Virus record (IMG/VR): IMGVR_UViG_3300044960_000029
Span: 4,643-68,642 of that record
Length of the DNA: 64,000 nt
Reading direction: 5' to 3' (one strand)
Source of the DNA: a virus
Both the position numbers and the translations under genes were made by a program. The notes below the pieces were generated by a model. That model worked only from the letters and a program-made list of their open reading frames with translations. It was not told where the DNA came from and ran no database searches. This document shows positions 1-9,861 of this stretch, piece by piece. Each line of letters starts with the position of its first letter. Within the stretch, counting starts at the first letter, position 1.

Positions 1-6
1 AATAAC

Positions 7-285
7 ATGTGGATATCACCACAAATTAATACAGATGGAGAAGTATTTGGATGTTGTAGATTTTTAAGAATTCCATTTGGTGGAAATGCATTTACAGATG
101 GATTAATGAATGTCATTAATAGTGAAAAAATACAAAAGGCAAGATTAATGTTAACAGGTCAAATTGAAGATACCAATGATAATATGTGCTCACATTGTTT
201 TATATATCAAGATATGAAAAAAACTGGAAAATATATTCCAATTGAAACAATTAAAGAACTAATTAAAAAATATAATTACAATTGA
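7..285 (+). CDS. C-terminal SPASM-like Fe-S domain of a radical SAM protein (probably 5'-truncated by the window edge)
   Basis: 'INTDGEVFGCC...FGGN' followed by 'CSHCFIY' matches the SPASM/twitch cysteine layout; the frame is open at the window start. Confidence 0.7.
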   Translation: MWISPQINTDGEVFGCCRFLRIPFGGNAFTDGLMNVINSEKIQKARLMLTGQIEDTNDNMCSHCFIYQDMKKTGKYIPIETIKELIKKYNYN

Positions 286-525
286 TTATTTTCTTTCTCT
301 ATTCTTTTTAAAATAATAAGATTTTTATCTTCTTCTAAATTTATTGCAGTTTTTACATTGAATCATTATTTCAATATTTTTCTTTTAATAAAATTTTCTA
401 GTCCTGAATCAAATTCATAATTTAAATCATCTAGATAGATTTATCTAACGCTTTATCTAGATCATTTTGAATTTCATTAAACGAAATAATAGATTTATTT
501 TCTTCAACTAAAAATTGTTTTAACG

Positions 526-1212
526 TTACCATAATTTATTTTCTATTTCTCCTAAAATTTTTGGATATACGTCATTCCGTTTTGCATCTAATATAAAATA
601 TTCTTTACATGAAATAATAATTTCGTTACGTTCATATTTAGTTAATGCTAACTTTAATTTTTTATTGAGGACAAATTTTCCATCTGATAAAATTTCATCT
701 AAATGATAATCTTTAATATTTGAACCATTCATTTTTAAATATGAAAATTCCTCTTTATCAGTTGTTTTCAAACTTGAAATACGATTTACAATATTATCTG
801 TTAAATCATCATATATTGGTGACCAACAATATTCAAAATTACCAATTGGGAAAATTATATTTGGGAAACCAAATATTTTTGCAACTGTTGAACTACCAGA
901 AACAAATAAACCTTGAGATCTAAATGGGATTCCCATATTTTTTTTAAACCATTTATCAACTTTAATAAATAAAGATTGATCCATATCTCTTGGTCTACGA
1001 TTTAATCTGACAGTTTTTCTTAATAATAAAATATTTTTTAATTCTTTTGTGCCACGCCACATTATATACGTTGTAGGTTCATTATTAATTTCATTCAAAA
1101 ATGGTTTACAATTTTTAATTATAACATCAGCTATATCAGAAATTGATTCATCAGAATATGTTTTAAAAATTATTTCTTCTGATTCTGTTAAAAAGTTTTT
1201 AAATGATAACAT
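526..1212 (-). CDS. hypothetical phage protein, possibly virion-associated
   Basis: 228-aa ORF co-oriented with the neck genes; N-terminus MLSFKNFLTE is typical of T4-like head-targeted proteins. Confidence 0.6.
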   Translation of the reverse strand: MLSFKNFLTESEEIIFKTYSDESISDIADVIIKNCKPFLNEINNEPTTYIMWRGTKELKNILLLRKTVRLNRRPRDMDQSLFIKVDKWFKKNMGIPFRSQGLFVSGSSTVAKIFGFPNIIFPIGNFEYCWSPIYDDLTDNIVNRISSLKTTDKEEFSYLKMNGSNIKDYHLDEILSDGKFVLNKKLKLALTKYERNEIIISCKEYFILDAKRNDVYPKILGEIENKLW

Positions 1213-1223
1213 ATTATGTAAAA

Positions 1224-3014
1224 TTATTCCTTCAATGATTTTTTATTAGTTGAACGTAACATACTTCTAATAGATGGTTTAAATGATGAATATTCGCCGC
1301 GTCTATCTGTTTCAACATATATCCATTTATTTTTTATAGCTGAATATTTATAAAGTCTTGCTGGTATTTTAGTATAATCTGGATATAATAATCTATAATA
1401 TTCACCATCTACTGCTGTAACAGGTAATTTATATCCTTCTGTATATGGAATTCCATCTGGTGGTATTGCATCTTCTATATAAATATCATTTCCATCATAT
1501 GAACCTTCACGTCTTTCATTTGCATTTAGTATTTTTTGTGCCATACCAGATGCTATTTCTTGTCCTTGAGCTCCAACCTCAGGAACATTACTATCAGCAT
1601 CTCTTTGAATATTCTCAGATGATTGAAGAGTAACTGTTTCTATTTGTTGAATTCCTTCTAAAAATGTAGAATCATCAACTTTTAATGCAGTATCCCTAGT
1701 ACCAAGAATATCTCTATGTTCTGTGGATGGTATTAATTGTTCAGCTTGAAAACGATAAATGAGTGGTTTCCATTGTGGACTAAAACCTTCTGCTGACCAA
1801 CTTGTATCTGTTACTTCTAAATATTTTTTGATTGGTTTTAAATTATGATCATATTGTGATTCTGATGGCAATTCTAAAATATCACCAGTAACTATTGGCC
1901 TTCCCAATGATTCGACCATTTTTGCAAATGATACTGTGAAAATATATTGATCAAGAATATTCAAACCAAATTTTCCAAGATCACCAACACTATCAAATGG
2001 TGAATATTGACATTTTAAAGGTGAAGAGATTTGTGAATAATCCCTATCTCTATTTTCCAAAAAGAAAATATCCTGTATATTATCAATATGTGTTGCTTGA
2101 TAATCTATTAATTCTAATTTATCTATTTCCCATGGCTCATTAACTGAAACTCCATTAAACATCAGTGGAACTATTCTCCAATATTGCGCAGGTGAGGATG
2201 ATTTAAAATGAATTGTTTCTAAATTATTTGTGTCTGGAAGATTAACAACATCAACTCTATTCCAAACCAATTGTAAATTTATATAGAAAGTATCTCCAAT
2301 AGAAAATGGAATAATTCCATTTTCTATTATAAATGAAATATAGATATTGTTAAATGGTATACCAACAGTAGCTGTTCCAAGGAATCCATACGTATTAGAT
2401 GTTACGGAAAATGTTGTTGGCGAAGTAGCTGAAATAACAATTAAATCAACTGTTGCTTTTGGACCACTTTGAATATGTTTTACAACACCATTACCAACAC
2501 CAGAAAATGCTGTTGTTAATGGAAAAACTTTTCCATCTGCTTGTTCAATACGAATTTGAGTTGCTCTGTTTTGTGAAAGTGCTCCTTGTTTTATTTTTAA
2601 TGTTGTTATATGTTGTCTTATTGGTGCTGGTGGAGCATAACTTTCAGTTGAATAAACTGTTTTTTTAGTTCCAAAATTATATCCTAAAAAAGCTGGTGTG
2701 GTCAACACAGATAAACCTGTTTGAGATGATCTCCATGTTAATGGAGATATGTCAAATGCATTACTAGAATTATAACCTACCATAGTTCCACCGGATAATG
2801 GAAACCCATTTCCCGTTAAATCTATTAAATGTCCTTGTTCATGAACACCTAAAAGTTTAAAAACATTAACCGTGACACCTGAAATTTCTAATTGTTCGGC
2901 AATATATTCTTCTTGAATATGTTTTTCATTTTCAAGACATTTGTCATCACCATTTAGTCTCCATGTACCAATACATAAATCAGGAACTACATAAGAATTT
3001 TGTTGATCTGCCAT
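1224..3014 (-). CDS. neck/head-closure protein (T4 gp14-like) with an inserted discoidin-like domain
   Basis: 'IQDIFFLENRDRDY', 'DLGKFGL', 'LGRPIVTGDILELP' are gp14-like motifs; lies near the gp13-like gene. Confidence 0.7.
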   Translation of the reverse strand: MADQQNSYVVPDLCIGTWRLNGDDKCLENEKHIQEEYIAEQLEISGVTVNVFKLLGVHEQGHLIDLTGNGFPLSGGTMVGYNSSNAFDISPLTWRSSQTGLSVLTTPAFLGYNFGTKKTVYSTESYAPPAPIRQHITTLKIKQGALSQNRATQIRIEQADGKVFPLTTAFSGVGNGVVKHIQSGPKATVDLIVISATSPTTFSVTSNTYGFLGTATVGIPFNNIYISFIIENGIIPFSIGDTFYINLQLVWNRVDVVNLPDTNNLETIHFKSSSPAQYWRIVPLMFNGVSVNEPWEIDKLELIDYQATHIDNIQDIFFLENRDRDYSQISSPLKCQYSPFDSVGDLGKFGLNILDQYIFTVSFAKMVESLGRPIVTGDILELPSESQYDHNLKPIKKYLEVTDTSWSAEGFSPQWKPLIYRFQAEQLIPSTEHRDILGTRDTALKVDDSTFLEGIQQIETVTLQSSENIQRDADSNVPEVGAQGQEIASGMAQKILNANERREGSYDGNDIYIEDAIPPDGIPYTEGYKLPVTAVDGEYYRLLYPDYTKIPARLYKYSAIKNKWIYVETDRRGEYSSFKPSIRSMLRSTNKKSLKE

Positions 3015-3051
3015 AATTTTTATTCACGCGCTATTTTTTAATAATCTCTCA

Positions 3052-4689
3052 TTAATATATTTTCGCAAATATTAAATTTCCAGCATCTTCACATTTAATA
3101 TATCCAGCATTTGTCATATTTTCAAACTCTGATTTGTTAGTATCAAAATTTTCACATAATATATTTATTAAATTTTTAGCTTGAGTATCATATCTTTTTA
3201 ATATTTCACCATTTTTAAACCAAAAATAATTTGGTTTTGATTTTCCTATTTCTATAAAACCATTATCTTTATATATTTTTCCATTTCCAAATCTTCTATC
3301 AACATATGTTAAAACAGATTTTGGTTTATACTCATTTTCAAAATATTTCAATAATCTTGAAAATCCACCAATAACATTAAATCCAAGTTTATTTGAAAAT
3401 CTTATTAATTCCCATTCATATTTTTTATTAAATCTTGGTTTACTAAATGTCATTATTGAAACCAATTCTGAATTATAAAATAATCCTATTTTAATTTTTG
3501 ATGGTATATATCCTTGTCTATGATTTTCATTTAAAAAATGTTTCACATCATCATTTTCTATATTTTTCACAACACAATCTCTGGCAAATATTTTTTTATT
3601 GTTTCCTAATAAACTATTTAAAAATTGTTTTATTTTATCTTGATCATTATACCATTCAACATCCCAAATATGAATCAATCTATATCCATTATTCTCCATT
3701 TGTTCTGTTTTAAATAATAAACTTGGTTCTGAACCCGCTTGATGCCAATATACACCATTCATTTCTATGCCTAATTTTAATTCTGGTAAAAGAATATCTA
3801 TCTCATATGGCTTAATTATTGTACGATCATTTGATATAATTTTTCCATTATAATTTTCTTTAATATAATCTAATAATTCTTTTTCTGGTTTTGAAACAAA
3901 TTTACAACATGGACACGTTTCAAGTTTTTGAGGATCTGCTATAAATTCATTTAAACATTCACGATGAATAAATTTTTTTTCTTTTTTTAAAAATTCTTTT
4001 GAAAAATCCGAAATATCTTCATTTAATATAAATCCTTTATTTTTTAAATAATTTATTCTTGGTTGAAAATATTTTGAATAATATAACTCATCATGAACCT
4101 TTTTTATAACTTCTTTGACTTCATCTCTTAAAATATTATATTTGACACCATATCTTTTTAGATTTGTTTCAATTGTTTTTTGTTTTATTTTTTCCCAATT
4201 TTCACTTATTTTTTTACGTCTTAATATTTTAGCATCATATGAATGAAGATTTGAAATATGACCATATTTTAATAAGTTTGTATATTGTCTTTTTAAGATT
4301 ATATCTTTACATTTACTAGGATGATCAACATTATATTTTTTTAAAAATGTTTGCTTACTTTTTTTAATCATTGTTGTCGAGTTTATACAACATTTTCTTG
4401 AACAATATTTACCAAATCCGCGTTGTGTATTTCTAAATTTTAAATCTTTTCCACATGTTAAACATTTTAATGAATCTTTTTCATTATTAAATAAAAATAA
4501 TTTATATAATTTTTCTTGTGGTGAATCACCAGGAAATGTCATTAAAAATGAATATAAATTTGGAAAATTTGTTCTAACTGATCTTGTAAATGTTGTTAAA
4601 TTATTTTTGTATTCACGTTTTAGTAAATCTAGATCTACATTTGGAACAGATTTTTCTAATAATGATAATAATTCTTTATTGATCGCCAT
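3052..4689 (-). CDS. free-standing homing endonuclease-like protein (Zn-finger/KYG repeats + PD-(D/E)XK-like nuclease + GNAT-like C-terminus; Hef-like)
   Basis: 'CLTCG...YCSRKC', 'KYG' repeats, 'YEIDILLPELKLGIEMNGVYWH', 'WELIRF...GGFSRLL...YVDRR'; inserted between two neck genes. Confidence 0.75.
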   Translation of the reverse strand: MAINKELLSLLEKSVPNVDLDLLKREYKNNLTTFTRSVRTNFPNLYSFLMTFPGDSPQEKLYKLFLFNNEKDSLKCLTCGKDLKFRNTQRGFGKYCSRKCCINSTTMIKKSKQTFLKKYNVDHPSKCKDIILKRQYTNLLKYGHISNLHSYDAKILRRKKISENWEKIKQKTIETNLKRYGVKYNILRDEVKEVIKKVHDELYYSKYFQPRINYLKNKGFILNEDISDFSKEFLKKEKKFIHRECLNEFIADPQKLETCPCCKFVSKPEKELLDYIKENYNGKIISNDRTIIKPYEIDILLPELKLGIEMNGVYWHQAGSEPSLLFKTEQMENNGYRLIHIWDVEWYNDQDKIKQFLNSLLGNNKKIFARDCVVKNIENDDVKHFLNENHRQGYIPSKIKIGLFYNSELVSIMTFSKPRFNKKYEWELIRFSNKLGFNVIGGFSRLLKYFENEYKPKSVLTYVDRRFGNGKIYKDNGFIEIGKSKPNYFWFKNGEILKRYDTQAKNLINILCENFDTNKSEFENMTNAGYIKCEDAGNLIFAKIY

Positions 4690-4738
4690 AAAAACAATTT
4701 TATTATTGTAATTTTTGTATTTATGGAACCAATGATTT

Positions 4739-6259
4739 TTATCCTATAACAAAACTACAATTTCCAAATTCAAATCCGCCATTACCAACTTCATAATCAG
4801 AAAGTTGTCTTAATAGTTCTGATTGCATTTCTGTTGCTTGTGCTAATAATTCTGAACCATTAAGAGTAATACCACCATTAGGACCTGGTAAACCGCTAGA
4901 ATATTTGCTACGTATTTGACCCAACATAACCATAAGTTCTGATTCTGCCCATGCCTGTAACCATTGTTTTGCCCATCTATCAACTAATAATTCTTGTTCT
5001 GTTCTTTCCATGATGCACTCTAAAACAACTTTTTCATCTCTGTATATTTTTCTTAAAATTGTCAATTGTCTAGATGCTTCATCCCAATCATACATTAAAT
5101 TACCAGCAAAAATACGTTCATATTCTTCAGCTAATGATTGCATTAAATGTATAGAAAGAATATCAATAATACCAGATTGATAAAATTGATTAAAAAAGAT
5201 TTGAGCATATACTGACGCATCTCCACCAAGTCCACTTAAACCTAATGTATTAACACGATGAATTTTAATAATATCAACTATTCTATCGGTTTTATAAACA
5301 GGGTCATTTAGATAATATATAGCTTGATCTTTTTTAAGTTCAAATATTATATGTCTTCTTTGATATGCATTATCAGCACGTCTACGAAATTCTTCAATAG
5401 CATTATCAATAGCAATATTAAAATGGTCTTCGTTTAATTCAACACAAACTGCTGGCCAACCAAGTTGATGTTTAAGAACATTTGCTAATCGTAAACGTTC
5501 ATCATATGAACCATCTGTTCCAACACCTATTCTATCATATATAGGTGTTCCCTCTTGACTTGTATCAGCTTGTACCCATGATGTACCATTCCAAATTTCT
5601 AATTGTTTAGAATTTATATTATAGAAAAATTCACCTTGTGATGGAGATGTTGGTCTATCATTTTGTGTACCAGTTTTAACTGTTCCTGTGCTAGCTGGAA
5701 TCCATATTGATCCTGTCCACATTGAAACGATATTAGTTGATGGATCATAATATACTTGTCCAAGACTTGGATTTAATGGAGGTCCTTCTGATACTGGTAA
5801 TGCACCAGCAAATGAGTCTGATCTTTTATCTAATCTTGCAGATTCTAATGGATAAGATTGAATTCCTTGTGTATAATATTGTAAAATATTTGAACATGCA
5901 TAAATACCTGCATAATAAATTTTGTTTGGATCTGTATTAATAACAGTTATAGATCCTGTATTTGCTACAGTATCACCAAAAATTTCATATTTTGCTTCTA
6001 CAACAACAGCATTACTTATAACATCAGCTGGTGAAGAAAAATCTAATGATGGTGTATATCTTTCACCATCTGTTGGTGAATTAGAAATATTCAATATTTT
6101 TTCTGCTAAAATTATTACAAATCCATTAATTATAGTTCTATTAGCTGGTAATGTCCATTCTAAAAGAGTTGTTGTTGGTGTTGGATGTGACAATTTAAGT
6201 GTACATTGTCTAGCTTCTGTCCATAATTCTGCAGTTGTATTAGAGTTAAAATCTGTCAT
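4739..6259 (-). CDS. neck protein (T4 gp13-like) with N-terminal extension
   Basis: 'LGWPAVCVEL...AIDNAI', 'LGQIRSKY..LPGPNGGITLNGSEL' motifs; start moved to ATG 6259 (MTDFN), which has an AAGGA RBS. Confidence 0.8.
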   Translation of the reverse strand: MTDFNSNTTAELWTEARQCTLKLSHPTPTTTLLEWTLPANRTIINGFVIILAEKILNISNSPTDGERYTPSLDFSSPADVISNAVVVEAKYEIFGDTVANTGSITVINTDPNKIYYAGIYACSNILQYYTQGIQSYPLESARLDKRSDSFAGALPVSEGPPLNPSLGQVYYDPSTNIVSMWTGSIWIPASTGTVKTGTQNDRPTSPSQGEFFYNINSKQLEIWNGTSWVQADTSQEGTPIYDRIGVGTDGSYDERLRLANVLKHQLGWPAVCVELNEDHFNIAIDNAIEEFRRRADNAYQRRHIIFELKKDQAIYYLNDPVYKTDRIVDIIKIHRVNTLGLSGLGGDASVYAQIFFNQFYQSGIIDILSIHLMQSLAEEYERIFAGNLMYDWDEASRQLTILRKIYRDEKVVLECIMERTEQELLVDRWAKQWLQAWAESELMVMLGQIRSKYSSGLPGPNGGITLNGSELLAQATEMQSELLRQLSDYEVGNGGFEFGNCSFVIG

Positions 6260-6351
6260 TTTAATCCTTTTTATATTGAGAAAAATTACTATTATATATT
6301 TATTTAAAATGATAAATAAATTTAACAATAAAATAGAAATTTCTACTAAAA

Positions 6352-6546
6352 ATGAATTTAGAATTTAAAAAATGTTTAATGATGTCAGGATACACTATAG
6401 AAGGTGTTATCCGACGTGAGAATTCACATGATATGGATAAAAATGTAGTTAAACTTCTAGTCGAAGAATATAATAAAGCTAATAATTATAAAATACCAAA
6501 AGTTGGTGATATTGTTTTAATCCCTGTCATAAAAAAAGGCCAATAA
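6352..6546 (+). CDS. small hypothetical protein, LysM-like
   Basis: 'GYTIEGVIRREN...YNKAN...PKVGDIVLIPV' resembles a LysM layout. Confidence 0.45.
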   Translation: MNLEFKKCLMMSGYTIEGVIRRENSHDMDKNVVKLLVEEYNKANNYKIPKVGDIVLIPVIKKGQ

Positions 6547-6609
6547 TTTAAAATTATTAGCCTTAAAGCTCTTCGTTTAAATAGAAGAGGAGATAAATTA
6601 TAACTCTAC

Positions 6610-6867
6610 TTACTCATTCAGATAATTCTTAATAGCTTCCATTTGAATATCTAATTTTGCTTTTTCTATTGATAATTGTTTAAAAACTTCCTCTAAAATA
6701 GGGTAACCGTATAGATTAATATAATATCCACGTCTACGATTAAGTTCTCCAATAGATTGAGAGACTACTTCAAATCTATCATTTAATTTTTCTAAAAGTT
6801 CTTGTGATATTTTTTCAGAAGACATTTGAAATTTTCCTAATTTTGTAATAAAAGATAACGTACCCAT
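6610..6867 (-). CDS. hypothetical protein (helical/coiled coil)
   Basis: 85-aa ORF with normal composition; true start may be the downstream Met (MSSEK). Confidence 0.5.
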   Translation of the reverse strand: MGTLSFITKLGKFQMSSEKISQELLEKLNDRFEVVSQSIGELNRRRGYYINLYGYPILEEVFKQLSIEKAKLDIQMEAIKNYLNE

Positions 6868-6919
6868 GTCTTATTTATGTGTCCATTTAATGGGACATTA
6901 AGAGACAATCTAATATTTT

Positions 6920-7069
6920 TTATTTAAATTTATTATCTTCAAAAAATGCACGCTTATGAGATACATTTTTCTTTTTATTTTTCTTATGATGATGCTTTTT
7001 AAAGAATGGATCATGATCATCAAAACGGCATTTTTTGTTCATACGTTCAACATATGAAGAAGATTGCAT
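6920..7069 (-). CDS. small basic protein (49 aa), absent from the ORF track
   Basis: Hand translation MQSSSYVERMNKKCRFDDHDPFFKKHHHKKNKKKNVSHKRAFFEDNKFK; AAGGAG RBS and a sigma70-type promoter upstream. Confidence 0.55.
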   Translation of the reverse strand: MQSSSYVERMNKKCRFDDHDPFFKKHHHKKNKKKNVSHKRAFFEDNKFK

Positions 7070-7110
7070 TTAATACACTCCTTATATTATATATGATTTG
7101 AAACAATTAA

Positions 7111-7139
7111 ATTATATCACAATTCTTGAAAAATGTACA
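7111..7139 (-). promoter_or_regulatory. sigma70-type early promoter
   Basis: TGTACA-17 nt-TATAAT with extended -10 (TGnTATAAT) on the minus strand. Confidence 0.55.
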
Positions 7140-7182
7140 TTCTTTAAGTGATTGTTTATAACTTATTGATTTTATTAAGATT

Positions 7183-7956
7183 TTATCCATAACTTGCTGC
7201 TGCTAAACCAAATCTTGCTGTTCCAACACCAGTCACATCAGCAGATACAACACCAGTATTACTGACAAGATTTGTTATTGAAACACTTCCTGAACCACCA
7301 CTTCCATATCCAAATATTGCTTTATCTCCACCATAACCAGCTGCTGCTAAATTATATCTTACTGTTCCAACACCAGTCACATCAGCAGATACAACACCAG
7401 TATTACTGACAAGATTTGTTATTGAAACACTTCCTGAACTACTACTTCCATATCCAAATATTGCTTTATCTCCACCATAACCAGCTGCTGCTAAACGATA
7501 TCTTGCTGTTCCAACACCAGTCACATCAGCAGATACGACACCAGTATTACTGACTAGGTTTGTCATTGAAAGGTTTGAACTACCACTTCCATATCCAAAT
7601 ATTGCTTTATCTCCGCCATAACCTGCAGCTGCTAAATAATATCTTGCTGTTCCAACTCCAGTCACGTCAGAAGATACAACACCAGTATTACTGACTAAGT
7701 TTGTCATTGAAAGGTTTGAACTACCACTTCCATATCCAAATATTGCTTTATCTCCGCCATAACCTGCAGCTGCTAAACCAAGTCTTGCTGTTCCAACACC
7801 AGTCACGTCAGAAGATACAATACCAGTATTACTGACTAGGTTTGTCATTGAAACATGTCCTGAACTATATCCATATCCAAATATTGCGTATGGATTTCCA
7901 CCGCTTTGGTTACCACTACTATATGATGAAGCTATTATCTGTAAAATTGGGTTCAT
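7183..7956 (-). CDS. Kelch-like beta-propeller repeat protein, 5 repeats
   Basis: 5 copies of AIFGYG-x-S(M/I)TNLVSNTGVVS(S/A)DVTGVGTAR-xx-LAAAGYGGDK. Confidence 0.8.
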   Translation of the reverse strand: MNPILQIIASSYSSGNQSGGNPYAIFGYGYSSGHVSMTNLVSNTGIVSSDVTGVGTARLGLAAAGYGGDKAIFGYGSGSSNLSMTNLVSNTGVVSSDVTGVGTARYYLAAAGYGGDKAIFGYGSGSSNLSMTNLVSNTGVVSADVTGVGTARYRLAAAGYGGDKAIFGYGSSSSGSVSITNLVSNTGVVSADVTGVGTVRYNLAAAGYGGDKAIFGYGSGGSGSVSITNLVSNTGVVSADVTGVGTARFGLAAASYG

Positions 7957-7974
7957 GTTATATTATTCTCTCCT

Positions 7975-8904
7975 TTATCCAAAACTTGCTGCTGCTAAAT
8001 CGCGTCTTACTGTTCCAACACCAGCTACATCAGCAGATACGACACCAGTATTACTGACTAAGTTTGTTATTGAAACATTTCCTGAATCAGTACTTCCATA
8101 TCCAAATATTGCTTTATCTCCACCATAACCAGCTGCTGCTAAACCAAATCTTGCTGTTCCAACACCAGTCACGTTAGAAGATACAACACCAGTATTACTA
8201 ACTAGGTTTGTCATTGAAACATATACTCCTGAACCATCCCTTCCATATCCAAATATTGCTTTATCTCCACCATAACCAGCTGCTGCTAAAGCATATCTTG
8301 CTGTTCCAACACCAGTCACGTCAGAAGATACGACACCAGTATTACTGACAAGATTTGTCATTGAAACACTTCCTGAACTATTACTTCCATATCCAAATAT
8401 TGCTTTATCTCCACCATAACTTGCAGCTGCTAAAAAATATCTTGCTGTTCCAACACCAGTCACGTTAGAAGATACAACACCAGTATTACTGACACGATTT
8501 GTCATTGAAAGATATCCTGAATTATATCCATATCCAAATATTGCTTTATCTCCACCATAACTTGCTGCTGCTAAACTATGTCTTGCTGTTCCAACTCCAG
8601 TCACATCAGAAGATACAACACCAGTATTACTGACTAGGTTTGTCATTGAAACAAATCCTGAACTACTAAGTCCATATCCAAATATTGCTTTATCTCCACC
8701 ATAACCAGCTGCTGCTAAACCATTTCTTGCTGTTCCAACTCCAGTCACATCAGAAGATACGACACCAGTATTACTGACAAGATTTGTCATTGAAACACGT
8801 CCTGAACCAGTAAGTCCATATCCAAATATTGCATATGGATTTCCTCCGCCGCCTTGGTTACCACTACTATATGATGAAGCTATTATCTGTAAAATTGGGT
8901 TCAT
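7975..8904 (-). CDS. Kelch-like beta-propeller repeat protein, 6 repeats
   Basis: same ~47-aa repeat x6; N-terminus MNPILQIIASSYSSGNQ shared with its neighbour. Confidence 0.8.
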   Translation of the reverse strand: MNPILQIIASSYSSGNQGGGGNPYAIFGYGLTGSGRVSMTNLVSNTGVVSSDVTGVGTARNGLAAAGYGGDKAIFGYGLSSSGFVSMTNLVSNTGVVSSDVTGVGTARHSLAAASYGGDKAIFGYGYNSGYLSMTNRVSNTGVVSSNVTGVGTARYFLAAASYGGDKAIFGYGSNSSGSVSMTNLVSNTGVVSSDVTGVGTARYALAAAGYGGDKAIFGYGRDGSGVYVSMTNLVSNTGVVSSNVTGVGTARFGLAAAGYGGDKAIFGYGSTDSGNVSITNLVSNTGVVSADVAGVGTVRRDLAAASFG

Positions 8905-8919
8905 GTTATATTATCTCAT

Positions 8920-9846
8920 TTATCCAAAACTTGCTGCTGCTAACCAATTTCTTACTGTTCCAACACCAGTCACATCAGAAGATACAACACCAGTATTACT
9001 GACTAGGTTTGTCATTGAAAGATATGAACCATTCCATCCATATCCAAATATTGCTTTATCTCCACCATAACTTGCAGCTGCTAAACTACTTCTTGCTGTT
9101 CCAAGACAGGCTATATCAATTGATACATTACCGCCCATATCAACTATATTTGTTATTGAAAGACTTGAAATATAATTAGCTCCATATCCAAATATAGCTT
9201 TTTTCTTTCCATCAAAACTTGCTGCGGCTAAATACCGCCTTGGTGTTCCAACTCCAGTAAAATCACCGACTACATTACCAAGTATACCTATTCTGGTCGT
9301 AATCGAAATAAATGGATTACTGTTATTTTCTCCATATCCAAATATTGCCATATTTAAACCATAACTTGCAGCTGCTAAACCGGATCTTCCTATTATTCCA
9401 ACGTTAGTCATATCAGAAGATACAACGCCAGTATTACTTACTAAGTTTGTCATTGAAAGATATGCACCATTATTTCCAAATCCAAATATTGCTTTATCTT
9501 CACCATAACCAGCTGCTGCTAAATTATATCTTGCTGTTCCAACACCAGTCACATCAGAAGATACAACACCTGTATTACTGACTAGGTTTGTCATTGAAAG
9601 GTATGAGCCATTAAATCCATATCCAAATATTGCTTTATCTCCACCATAACCAGCTGCTGCTAAACCACTTCTTGCTGTTCCAACACCAGTCACATCAGAA
9701 GATACAACACCTGTATTACTGACTAGGTTTGTCATTGAAACACGTCCAATACTAGGAGCGGATCCATATCCAAATATTGCGTATGGATTTCCACCACCTT
9801 GATTACCACTATACGATGCCATTAATACCTGTAAAATTGGGTTCAT
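8920..9846 (-). CDS. Kelch-like beta-propeller repeat protein, 6 repeats (central ones diverged)
   Basis: same repeat x6; MNPILQ start. Confidence 0.8.
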   Translation of the reverse strand: MNPILQVLMASYSGNQGGGNPYAIFGYGSAPSIGRVSMTNLVSNTGVVSSDVTGVGTARSGLAAAGYGGDKAIFGYGFNGSYLSMTNLVSNTGVVSSDVTGVGTARYNLAAAGYGEDKAIFGFGNNGAYLSMTNLVSNTGVVSSDMTNVGIIGRSGLAAASYGLNMAIFGYGENNSNPFISITTRIGILGNVVGDFTGVGTPRRYLAAASFDGKKKAIFGYGANYISSLSITNIVDMGGNVSIDIACLGTARSSLAAASYGGDKAIFGYGWNGSYLSMTNLVSNTGVVSSDVTGVGTVRNWLAAASFG

Positions 9847-9861
9847 GTTATATTATCTCCT

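Noticed and set aside
429-461. Inverted repeat atctagata/tatctagat between convergent genes
   Set aside because: Short and AT-rich; at most a weak terminator, not enough to call
6260-6328. Longer N-terminus of the gp13-like ORF given by the ORF track
   Set aside because: AT-rich intergenic-like sequence; RBS and late-promoter-like box favour ATG 6259
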